In this document: one piece after another, positions 1 to 11,589 of the stretch
Numbering within the stretch: the stretch's first letter is position 1
Layout: every line of letters starts with the position of its first letter
Assembly (NCBI GenBank): GCA_951406725.2
Contig: OX597837.1
Location: 17,112,001-17,176,000 of the forward strand
Reading direction: 5' to 3'
Origin: Octopus vulgaris
Lineage: Eukaryota
Length of the DNA: 64,000 nt
The notes under the pieces: model-generated
Told to the model about the DNA's origin: nothing
The model's input: only the letters and a program-made list of their open reading frames with translations
Databases searched by the model: none
Translations under genes and position numbers: made by a program

Positions 1-146
1 TAGGACTGAACACGAAGAGTGGACAGTCAACATGCTAGATATAGACGTCAAATCGCCATTCTCCACAAAAGTCTATGTTCTCAGATCAAACTCAACACAA
101 AACCAAAGCAATAAACAAGTGAAAAATATACGAAATAAATATTTAC

Positions 147-212
147 CCATGTACTAAATTTAGTTTCGGCTGTTATTTTCCGCAAGGAAAAGTGCAGCCA
201 TCATCAGCATGG
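147..212 (-). ncRNA. Type I hammerhead ribozyme motif (PLE-type, palindromic stem III)
   Basis: Reverse complement reads CCATG-CTGATGA-T-GGCTG CAC TTTTCC TTGC GGAAAA TAA CAGCC-GAAA-CTAAATTTAG-TA-CATGG: both core boxes, 5-bp stem I, stem II, palindromic stem III and a GUA triplet. Confidence 0.8.
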
Positions 213-222
213 TCCCATATAT

Positions 223-277
<55 letters not shown>

Positions 278-282
278 TATAT

Positions 283-905
283 CCATCATACAGTCTATCT
301 TTCATCCTGAGCGAGAGGCCCTTAGTTGCCAGTAGAGGTAGAAGCTCCCTGAACTTTGCCCAGGCTATTCTTATTCTAGCCGCTACACCCTCAGAGCCAC
401 CACTTCCACTACAGACATGGTCATCTAGGTAGTGGAAGCTATTAACTACTTCCAGTTTTTCCCCCTGGCATGTGATGGAATCTGTTTTCTGTACATCTTC
501 AGTGTTTATTGCCCCTGTGCATCTACCACACACAAAAACTATCTTCCTGGTTAACCTTCCTTTGATGCATGTGTGTGAACTGCCATGCTACACGGCAGTG
601 AAATATGGGCCATGACTGCTGAGGATATGAGTAGGCTTGAAAGAAATGAAGCTAGTATGACACACAGGATGTGTAATGTCAGTGTGTATACATGACAGGG
701 TGTAAGCGCCCTGAGAGAAAAGTTGGACATAAGAAGCTTCAAATGTGGTGTGCAAGAGAGACAACTGCACTGGTATGGTCATGTGTTACATATGGATGAG
801 GACAACTGTGTGAGGAAGTACCACTCCCTAACTGTGGAAGGAACCTGTGGAAGAGGTAGACTCAGGAAAACATGGGATGAGATAGTGAAGCTTGACCTTC
901 GAACA
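283..905. mobile_element. RTE LINE fragment with inverted 5' part (283-566 minus, ~563-905 plus)
   Basis: Both parts match the C-terminal region of the RTE copies at 32455-35855 and 55035-58276 (RIRIAWAKFRELLPLL; WYGHVL...GRxRKTW). Confidence 0.85.
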
Positions 906-1569
906 TTCTCACTGCATTGTGCGAAAGTACATTTATATGCGTGTTGGCATCTTGAGAGTCTTTCAGAAATTCTTTTAATGTTCTTCTCATTGGTCCACAG
1001 AATAGACAGGGATTTCTCGGAGCAGAGTCAGCATCTCCTGGAAATGATACTGTATGATTTTGTATGCCTTATTATGGTCCAAGTTTCGTTATACTTAATT
1101 TTATCCTCCTCAGTCACCACACAAGGTTGGCCAAAGATGTTGAATGTCTCTTATTGATTCTCTTAAAACTGGTGACATGGTTGCAATAACAATTCTTGAA
1201 TGGATCAGCCATCTACCCAATGTAAACATACGACCCTCCCCTTGTGTGCATAGTGCATTTATATATCATCATCAACTTGTGTGTGTGTGTATATGTATGG
1301 ATATGTATGCATGTATTTGTATATATATGTGTGTGTGTATACATGCATGCATATATGTGTCCCCATGCAGGTGTATGTATGTGTGTGCATGTATATGCAT
1401 ATATATGCATGTGTGTATGTATATTTATATGTTTATATGTGAGGGAGAGTCGAAAATTATATGCACTCTTGTTTTTTCAATGTATTTACACAAAAGCAGG
1501 GGATAAACAAGTATGTCATTTTTCTATAGCCTCCTTCCTTTTCAATGCACTTGGGCCAGCAGTCCGATA

Positions 1570-3660
1570 CCCCACCAAATCTACAGGAGACTTAAGGAGA
1601 AAAACGTCCCTGAAGAAAGACAACAAACGTCTCCAAGGAAAAAATTTACAAAAGATGTGCCCTCTTCAGAGGTTATGTGCAAGACAGCAGCTGAGCAAGA
1701 GTCTTTTTTGTACATGGTGCAAAAGATTGTGCAGCAGCTGACCTGGCTACACCAAGTGCAAGCAAGGAACTTTGCCCACCATTGTGCAAGACCACCACAG
1801 TCAACAGACATGGGATGGCCTCCCCTGCACAGTTGTCATGCCAATATTTTTGCTAAATATTGGGAGTCTGTTGCTTCATAATGAAAGCAACATTTCTTTC
1901 TTGTGAGACCTTGCTGCATGCAATCAAGCCCTATGCATAGCACTCATGGAAACTCACCTCAGCCCTGATATAGAGGATGTATGCCATACTGTGAACAGAC
2001 AGAAAGAAAGGAGCCATGGTGGAGTTGCTGTATACATCCGTGACGACCTCACACCCCAGGTTTTACTGCCATATTCAAATTCAGTATGTGACACTCTAAT
2101 TGTATACATAAGACAATGCAATATAGTCATATGCAATACATATTACCCACCGAATACTCAAAACCACATAGGCAAGTTTGAAGATTGCCTCACAAGAATT
2201 AAAGAAATCCTCATGAATCTGGAACGCCACATGACCATATTTTTTATGGGAGATTTCAACTTCCCTAACATCAAATGACCTGAAGGCCTTATGCTTTCAG
2301 GAATGACTTATTGCAAGCAAGCACAGGTGGAGTCCCTGCTGAACCTCACCGATGCCCTATTCATGGAGCAAGCTGTACTCAGATCAACTAGGGCGAATAA
2401 CATTCTGGATCTCTGCTTCACGAACAATATGGACATCATTCATGATGTGAAAGTGACACTGACATTAGTCTCAGATCACAACATAATAGAGCTGTCTATG
2501 TTTGGGCCAAAAGTAACCAGAGACATACAGCCTGAAGGAAGCACCCGAAATCTCTCCAATCTGAACTTCCACAAAGCAGATTGGAAATCGATCCAAAAAG
2601 AGATCCTCAGACAAGACTGGCTGAAATGTCTCAACACACCAGACATTGACAGGAGACTAGAATATTTCATGTCTGTTGTGCAAGCCATATGCCAGAAAAA
2701 TGTCTCAGAGCACAAGGCCACAACAAATAGGCACAAGATTCCAAGGGAGAGGAAGATTCTCATGAGACGATGGTCAAAGGTTGCAAATTGACTGAATCAG
2801 CATTCCAAAAGTAGCAAAAGGTCCCGCCTAAAAAGAACACTATTGGAGATTGAAAAAAGCCTGCAACAATCATATGTGAGGGAGAAAGCAAACATAGAAG
2901 CCTGGGTTATAAAAAACATTAAGTCAAACTCAAAGGCCTTCTTTCATTATGCAAAAGAAACAGCCTCAATATGCTGCAAGATGGCTCCCTCACAGATAGT
3001 CCAACCAGTTCAAAAGTGTCTTTACCACACTGTCTCACCTATAACCAGCAAGGCAGTTATGATGGAATACATCGACATTAGTGAAGAAGATATACTACTA
3101 GCCAAAGATGAGGTGGATGCAAACTCAACTGCTGGTCCTGATGGTTTCGCAGCAATCCTCCTTAAATAGTGTAAGAGTACCCTGGCAAAACCCCTCCAAA
3201 TTCTTTTCCAGAGCTTTCTTGAAAATGGCAGACTTCCAAGCAAGCTGAGGGATGGAATAATATGCCCAATCAATAAAGGGTCATTGAAGAAAATAACTTG
3301 CTGAGTGATATGCAGCATGGCTTTTGACCAAGTAGGCGCTGCCTGACCCAGCTCTTACAACATTATAACTGTGTGTTGAGGCAGTTACTCAATGACTCAA
3401 ATGTAGACAAAATATACCTTGATTTTGCAAAAGCTTTTGACAAAGTGGATCATGGTATGATATGCCACATACTGTGTGAAAGGTAGAAGTCAGGCAGTAG
3501 TGGCCAATGGAGCCACCTCTATGAAAACACAAATAGTGAGTGGTGTTCCACAGGGCACTGTCTTTGGACCACTTCTTTTTATAGTGGCCCTCTCAGATAT
3601 GCCCTCAAGTGCCTGGATAGCCACCCCTGCAAGCTATGCAGACAATATGAAATTTAAGTA
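1570..3660 (+). mobile_element. Degenerate CR1-like LINE (APE endonuclease + RT remnants)
   Basis: GGVAVYI, MGDFNFP, NILDLCF, SDHN (APE); AGPDG, YLDFAKAFDKVDH, SGVPQGTVFGPLLF, SYADN (RT); many stops and deletions; clade call is approximate. Confidence 0.75.
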
Positions 3661-4242
3661 TGCCTTTTAAATCTATAAGTAAAATGAAACATGGATTATG
3701 CAGTTCTCAATAGTAATTAGCTGAAGTACAAACTATTAATGTCAACAATATGTTTTATCCAATGTTCTCACTGTTAAAATTGTTAAAAACCAGGTAGTTC
3801 TTTGTCACTGAAATCACTTTCAATTGTCAGTACTTATTTGAAACATGTTGGACCTGAAAATGCATAAATTTGAGAGGAACCGGCCTGTGGGTGCTCCCAT
3901 CATGTTAATAAGTACATTTAACAAAAATTCTATCAGCTGACATGAGTATAAAGAAATGTATTGAAACAAATCCGGAAATCAGTCACAGTTTAATTATCTA
4001 GAGCTTCTAAATATCTGATGTTTTGAGTGTGTCTTTTAATTGGTGTATAAATCCTGTTCCACAAGGTCTGAAACTTTTGGGGAGGGGACCAGTCGATTAG
4101 ATTGATCCCAGTACACAACTGGTACTTAATTTATCAACGCCGAAAGGATGAAAAACAAAGCCATTGACTGTTGCTAAAATTTTGTGCTATGTTTGGGATT
4201 AAATGCATTATGAGATCATTAACAGTTGGTACCATCTCACCA

Positions 4243-4983
4243 CAGGCTTTCTGCCCCCATCCGACTTTAGATGATAACTTTCAGAAAAATGGATATTTTT
4301 TAATGAAATTTTCTACGAATATGTGTTATATTATGTAGATTTCGAATATACAAAATTTTGGGGGAAAGTGTTTTAGGAGCAGGTGGGGAGGATTTTTGGA
4401 AAATTCACCAGTGTCCTCTTCAATTCATCTTGTCTTCCAGGAAAATGGATATGTTTTAATGAAATTATCTACAAATATACCTCAGACTATGTAGATTCCA
4501 AGCATGTAGGATTTTTGGGGTAAACAATTGGAGGTTATTTTTGCAAACTGTTCCCCATTGGGCGTGTTTCGGAAGAAGTCATCCATATTTGTTTCAGTTT
4601 CTCCATTTTGTGCATTTGTGCATCTATATATAATCCTTAATCCCAGTCGTAAAATTTAGGGAAAAAAAATCAAAATGTTAAGGAACGGGTGTAGATTGTT
4701 TTGCATATTCAGAATCTCTGTTGAAGACAAGGTCAGAATCTGTAGCAAAAAAAAAAGCACAAAGATGTGGCATGCTTATTCTCAGTGTCCTCACACACAC
4801 ATATATGCATATATAATTAAAAAAGTTCAAACGGAATTATTCCATTCAGTATCATGTTTATTATTTTGTGTTGTCAGAATCTACATGATATAACACATAT
4901 TTGTAGAAAATTTCATTAAAAAGTATCCATTTTTCTGAAAGTTATCTTCATCCAAAGTGGTGGCAAGCGGATGCAGAAATCTG
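4243..4983. mobile_element. MITE-like non-autonomous DNA element with ~110-bp imperfect terminal inverted repeats
   Basis: GATAACTTTCAGAAAAATGGATAT...ATGTAGATT (~4274-4340) is inverted at ~4878-4946; an internal direct partial copy lies at ~4438-4500; no coding capacity. Confidence 0.6.
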
Positions 4984-6559
4984 TAGTTATGTCTTGTTAA
5001 CAACTGATCAATTAAATGAAATCTCCGTATGTATTCGTGTGTTACTTATACATTCGAAAACTGCTGCACCGATCCTAATGAAATTTGGAACACAAAATCC
5101 AAGCCTAGGGAGAAGGGTAATGCTGTGTGTTTCATACAATTTCATGGACTAAAATTACTGAATGGATCCTTATGATATTTGGAACTTAGATTCAATGCAT
5201 AAGGGCGAGTATAATGCAATATGTTTGGTTTGAATTTCAGATGGCTTAAAGGGGGCAGAACCCCCATGAAAATTCATAAATTTTCGATGTTGATGAAATT
5301 TCAACCATGGGTAATTGATACACACGAAGTATTCTCAAAGTTTCCACTTCTCATGAGGATTCTAAGACACCCTAATGGAGGCCTTAACTCCAAAATTTTA
5401 GTTATTTCTTTTATGATCCAAAACTAGGTCAAAAGTACTTTACGAAATTTGGAAATTATATTCTATGCATAAGGGTCATAACCCCCATGACAATTCATAT
5501 ATTTTTGCTGTTGATGAAATTTTAACCATAGATGTTAGACACAAATGAAGTAATATTTATAAAATTTCATCTTCTTAGATTTAGTCAGTTTATCTAAGCA
5601 AAGACAAATACAGTTGTACTCTTGCAAGCTGTAGCATAAAAAGCTATAGAGCTTTTATTTGTAATTCAATGGTACAACAGTGTAAGAATTTGCTTTGACA
5701 TACACTTAGATTGTGATTTCTGCAATGTGCTGCATAAATTGTCAAGTAAATGAGAGGCATCTTTGCCTCCACTGATTTAGTTGCAAGGTGTTGAGTAAAG
5801 TTATTTGGTTGCAGACCTCTTTTCAGTCTTTTTATTATCACTGGGTCACACATAGTCCCCAGATGGTAACATTGATTTCAAGGCCTTCCCAGATGAGTGA
5901 CTGTTTATTCAAAGACATTTATAGATTGTAAATATATTCTATCCAGTTACATATCAATATAGTGGTCATTTGCAAACTCCAGAGGTGACACTTTCATTTC
6001 TCCTTAGCCCTCACGTCACACAGTTGTTAATGTTTATTTGAGTTGGGTCACACCCTTCCAGTTGTTATAGATCCGTAATGCATCTTATGGCTATGCCTGT
6101 CACCTGTATGGTGAGGAATCCTACATTGGGAGTGGTAACGACTAGGGTACGGTAGCTGACTGCTTATTGTGATCATTCATCTTTTGGTTTCCTGTAGCTT
6201 TGCTCTCTTTTACAAACCCAGTGAACATTCATATATTTCCTATTTCAAAGAAATTCAAACATTAGATATAAGACCCAAGTTAAAAAGATTTTCAATAATT
6301 TAACTTCTGTTTGACATTAAGGCACCCACCCCAATAGAGGCCTTAATTCCCACATTTGAGAGCTCCATGACCTCCATTTTTCAGGAGCAAAATCCTTTTA
6401 ACAGGTTCTATAAGACTGGAATTTTAGAATCTGTGCATAAAAATCAGTAGTAGGGGATACATGTGTCATGATTACAATTTTTTTAGCATGTGTACAGAGG
6501 GAAAGAATCCTCATCTGCAATTTTGATGAAATTCAAATCATAGATATTCCAGTTAAAAA

Positions 6560-6885
6560 GGCAGCGAGCTGGCAGAAATGTTAGCACGCTGGGCGAAATG
6601 CTTTGTAGTATTTTGCCCGCCGTTGCATTCTGAGTTCAAATTCTGCGAAGGTCAACTTTGCCTTTTATCCTTATAAGGTGGCGAGCTGGCAGAAACGTTA
6701 ACACGCCAGGCAAAATGCTTTGCGGTATTTCGTCTGCCGTTACGTTGTGAGTTCAAATTCCGTCGATGTCGATAAATTAAGTACCAGTTACGCACTGGGG
6801 TCAGTATAATCGACTTAATCCGTTTGTCTGTCCTTGTTTGTCCTCTCTGTGTTTAGCCCCTTGTGGGTAGTAAAGAAATAGGTAT
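6560..6885 (+). mobile_element. tRNA-derived SINE (family A) with tandemly duplicated head
   Basis: GGCAGCGAGCTGGCAGAAA...GAGTTCAAATTC (A/B-box-like) occurs at 6560 and again at 6677; body GTCGATAAATTAAGTACCAG recurs at ~4050-4160(-), 19205-19340(+), 23330-23790(-), 27180-27315(-), 37090-37235(-). Confidence 0.75.
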
Positions 6886-6988
6886 TTTCATTACAGAAAA
6901 TATAACAGAAAAGTTTAATTCTTCAATTGCATGTAACACGGCCAATGCTGGGTATCTCTGCTAGTGTGTATATATATATATATATATA

Positions 6989-7515
6989 TCATCATCATCA
7001 TCATCATCGTTTAACATCCGTTTTCCGCGCTAGCACGGGTTGGACGGTTCGACCGGGGTCTGGGGAGCCAGGGGCTGCCCCAGGCTCCAGTCTGATCTGG
7101 CAGTGTTTCTACAGCTGGATGCCCTTCCTAACGCCAACCACTCCGCAAGTGTAGTGGGTGCTTTTTACATGCCACCTGCACAGGTGCCAGAGGGGTCTGG
7201 CATCGGCCATGATCGGTTGGTGCTTTTTATGTACTACCAGCACAGAAGCCAGTCAAGGCGGTCCTGGCATCAGTCACGTTCGGATGGTGCTTTTTATGTG
7301 CCACCGGCACAGAAGCCAGTGGCGGCTGCACTGGCAACGGCCACGTTCGGATGGTGCTTTTTATGTGTCACCGGCTCAGGTATCACAACTACTGTTTCCA
7401 TTGATATTTGGTTCGATGTTCATGTACATGCACTTGACTCAACAGGTCTCCTCAAGCACAGCGAGATGTTCCGGGATCCCACGATCGGTTGGTGCTTTTT
7501 ATGTGCCACCGGCTC
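6989..7515 (-). mobile_element. 5'-truncated RTE 3' end (tandem-repeat 3'UTR + (GAT)n tail)
   Basis: Reverse complement matches ~57890-58276; TA-rich tracts on both flanks. Confidence 0.85.
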
Positions 7516-7794
7516 ATATATATTTATATATATATGTGTGTGCTAATATCAAACAGTGAAAATAAGTGCTCAGTGCTCAACAATATATTGGTAGATAACT
7601 ATTCTCTCAATAATTATCACATCTATCACATGGAATATTGTTACTTGTATCTATTTGGGATGAGAATACACATAAGATAGTAAATAAATATACAGGCACA
7701 GTTATTGTTGTGTGGTAAGTAGCCTGCTTCCCAGCCACATAGTTCTAGGTTCAAATCCACTCTATGACACCTTAGAAAATGTTTTCTAGTATAC

Positions 7795-9130
7795 CAGTGT
7801 TTCCCAACCATTTTTTCTGCTGCCCTACTTTTTAATAACAATCTGGTGCTCATCAACATTTTTTTTAAATATAGAAACAATTTTTAATTCATTTACCTGG
7901 TTGATGGATACCTTGACTCATCTAATGAGAACCTTGTGCCTGGTGCATACAGCACAGATCCTTGATTTGAGGAGACAATTTTGTTAACTTCAGCTGTAAA
8001 TCACCATGTTTTGTAACTTCAAACCAGTTTCTCTTGGCTCCCAGCAAATTGTCAACTGCACTGAATTCACATTTGACCAAATAAGAAGAAGGAAAAAGAA
8101 TCAGTATTTCTCTTGCTGATGTAGAGATGTTGGGCTATTTTCTTTCAACCTCATCACATAACTGCATATTTGTACCTTCCAATTTAAACAAAGTCTTCAC
8201 TGATTCATCATGTTTCAATTCTGTTAACTCTTCTTGGTATTGAAACGCAGCATCAGAAACATCAATCAGCAGTGGTTGAGTTAACCATGAGGGAAAATTC
8301 CTTGTCTTCAAATCACAAAATCTGTTGTTGAAGTCCTTTATCAAGATATTCAAATGGTCGTAATTATGGTGGCAGCATCAGTCGTTATTTCACATCTACT
8401 CAATCAGTACAACTGACTGAAATTTATTTGGGAAACGTTTTTTTGGCATATTTCGAGGGTGGTAATGAATCTAAATGTTTTTGCTTTTGCATCAACAAAC
8501 ATCATGTTTGTACCTTGGAGTTGTTTATTCAAGTTTCCAAGTTTCCTGTTAAATAACTGACAAATGCTTTTCCATCCATTGCTGACAGCATTTTCATTTC
8601 ATATTTATCACTGAGAAACAGTTTCTTGACAACCAAGTTTTCTTGGTATATGATGCAATGGAAAATCAACGTTTGGATTTTCATCCTTCATCATTTTTAA
8701 GCATCCTGTTTTCTTGCCCATCATAGCAGGTGCACTGTCTGCTGCACATGATAGTAAGTTTTCTTTTGGTATTTTGTTTGCATCCAAATAAAGTTTAAGT
8801 TTGCTGTGGATAACCTTTGCAGTTGTAGTCGTTTCCAATGAATTGCAAAACATCTCTCCCTGAAAAGTTTCATGCTCAATATATCTCACATAAATCAGTA
8901 AAAGCCTCACTATCCCAAAATGTGGATTCATCTATTTGTAATGAGAATTTTTGTAATTTTAATGTCTCAACATCTTGCTCCATTTCATCACATCTGTTGG
9001 AGATGTTATGACTGAGTGGCATGGCCCTGACATCTCTGTCATCTTTTTGTTGTACAGTTTTTAAGAATATTGAGGTAGCTGGTTTAATCAATTGCTTTCC
9101 AATAGTGTAATTCTTTCCATGTTTTGCTAT
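7795..9130 (-). mobile_element. Degenerate hAT transposon (Buster/Charlie, ZBED5/FAM200-like transposase)
   Basis: TIR-like CAGTGTTTCCCAACC at 7795; minus-strand fragments FSLQIDEST, ADSAPAMMG, FPSSYLV, GDLQLKLT; second TIR not located. Confidence 0.75.
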
Positions 9131-9722
9131 AAGCAGGGAGAATTTGTAGTTTCCAGGGTTAATGCAAGGGAAACAGCAATTAAGATTTTCTTGTTAGTTG
9201 CCTCCTATGATCTGTATATTTATTTATCTCCAAACCCTGTACAGTGTTGTGTAGCTTCATGTATTCTCACCCTAGGTGGAGACAAGTACCAATGTTCCAT
9301 GTGACAGGTTTGATAATTGTTGAGAGATTTCTCTCAGCATGAAACCAAAGGTAGCTTTGTTAAACCACAAATAAAAAAAAATGCGTGTGTGTGCATATAG
9401 AAGGCAAAACTTCTGCATAACTTACATGTACAAAATTTTACTCACAAGTCAGTGGTTATCCCAAAAAGTGCCATGTGATGAGATGAAACCTAGAACCACA
9501 TGGTTGCTAAGTGAATTTCTCACTCACACAGGCATAGCCATACCTATTACTACCAGTATTGTTGACTTTGTATGTCCTGGTGACCCATAATAAACACGTT
9601 TATTAAAACATGGCAAAACAAAATGGTTAATATTTCTGTGTTAATTAGAAGTTATAATTTGAGGAATATAATAAGTTGACTGTATTGTGGGAACTAACTA
9701 AAATTGATGTTGTTATTTTTAG

Positions 9723-9850
9723 GTGTACCTCTGCACATCAAGCGAAGCATAAGTAATGGTTATGATGGAATAGGAACACAGCCGAAATCTTGTTTAGACC
9801 CAGATGACATTATAGAGAAATATAAAGAAGCTATTATGCAATACAGCAAA
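9723..9850 (+). CDS. TRAPPC9: TRAPPC9/NIBP internal coding exon (window exon 1)
   Basis: ttttag|...|gtaaga boundaries; translates VPLHIKRSISNGYDGIGTQPKSCLDPDDIIEKYKEAIMQYSK, matching recalled vertebrate TRAPPC9 [20 protein letters not shown]; ends phase 0. Confidence 0.9.
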
Positions 9851-10574
9851 GTAAGAAATATTATCTTTCTGCAATAACTTTCAGGAAGAGGAAGAAATTA
9901 ATTTTTTTTAAATATATTTTTTAGTATTTTTTCTTTTCATTTTTTTTAAAGATATTTTTTTCAAATACTTAAAGATTTGTGTGGGTATTCCAGGAGAGGT
10001 TGACTTAATTTACATGTATCTAATATATCTTTTATAATTAAACATATGCACACACACATGCACACACACATGCACTCAATATATCCCCTCTAATTGTATC
10101 CACATATGTATATATGTGTGTGTATATCTAAAGTAGACGTGCTGTTTATATCTATCTATTGATGTCTATATTTGATCTATCCTCACTGGTTATGTGCATG
10201 TATGGTTATTTATGTTTTGAGGTGTGTGGAAACATCTCTTTTCAGGTCTACTCTGACCCAGAGTAGTAGCACCTATCAAGGTTCCAGCTATGGGTAAAGT
10301 AACATATGTGATGACTATTTATCTGAGGGTGAAGACGCAGAAATACCCTTGTCACTTCATCTTTCTAGGAGAGGGATATTGATGTAAAACCTGTGTTTTC
10401 ATATGATTACTGGTCATCTCTCTTCAGCCTGTCATGAGGAACTAATCACAGAGACTCATAGAGTGGTACTTGTGTTGTACAAGCATTTAATTTGTTGGTA
10501 TACACGTCTCTTTACAGTGACTGTGTTTGTCACTCTATCTATTGAAAGTCTTGTTGCATTTTAAACATGATCAT

Positions 10575-11570
10575 TAAAGGGTACTTTTTCAATACTTGCA
10601 GTAAAATAAGCATTAATTTCACATTCTACTGTTTTCTGTTTCTTTGCAGATTACTATATACTATAGTGGTTAAATTTGTATTCATCTTGTATTCAAATGG
10701 GTTTAGATCAGACACATGTCAGATACTGCATGCTATATGATCTTAAAAGAGGCTCTTCAGTAATGGATGTGTCAAGAAATATTTGTTCTGCTTATGGAAA
10801 TAAGCTTTATGTGTTTGAACATGCCAACAGTAGTTTGTTCTCTCACAGATTCTCTTCAATCTTGACAACAAGCTTCTGAAACTGTAGCTGAGATAAGTCA
10901 AAAGCAAATTCCATGAGAATTAGCAAAACAGTTCAAGTCACTTTGATCATAACATTTGGTTAGTGGGTTCATCCTCGTCTGATTGCTTCCCAGCTTAAAG
11001 TGTTGTCCTCTGCTCTTCATTGAAGAGTAGACTTGTTACCAAACCTTTTCTAGGGAGAATCATCACAAGTCATAAAAAGTGTGTTCTCTTCAATAATATC
11101 CAATGAAATTGACTGGTTAGCACTCAATGAAAAAGGAGAATCCATCCCCAAACCAGGACTACACCCACAAAAAGTAAGGCTCTGTGTCTAAGAAACATTA
11201 AACTAAAATGAAACAGTTAATGTGGAGAAAATATATTGCCATCATTTGGAAACATTGTACATAAATTTTCGGAAAAAGCATGTCATTGATCAGTTGTAAA
11301 GGTTGTTGCTCTTACTAGATATTTCATAGCATGTATTGCCCAAATCTCTCAGGAAAAGACTATGGCATTAGATTTGGAAGTTTTGCCTCCTCCTCCATAC
11401 TCTCCTGATCTGACTGCAATATTTTCAGATAATTACAACATTACTGAGAAGGAAAACAAATTTATTAATTGTGAAGGTATTAAAAATTATATTGAGTGTT
11501 TCTTTGCTTTAAAAACCTGAAAAATTTTGTACCCAAGGATCAACAATTTGCTAAATAGATGGGATTATGA
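10575..11570 (+). mobile_element. Degenerate mariner transposon
   Basis: N-terminal HVRYCMLYD...RNICSAYG (Mos1-type HTH) and PPYSPDL motif at ~11390-11410; heavily disrupted. Confidence 0.7.
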
Positions 11571-11589
11571 AAGGAAGTGTTATTGTGGT

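Noticed and set aside
1144-1506. Cys/Tyr/Ile-rich ORFs
   Set aside because: Translations of TG/TA microsatellite
1-9722. Further upstream TRAPPC9 exons
   Set aside because: No segment with splice sites and recognisable TRAPPC9 similarity was found by eye; a short divergent exon cannot be excluded without spliced alignment
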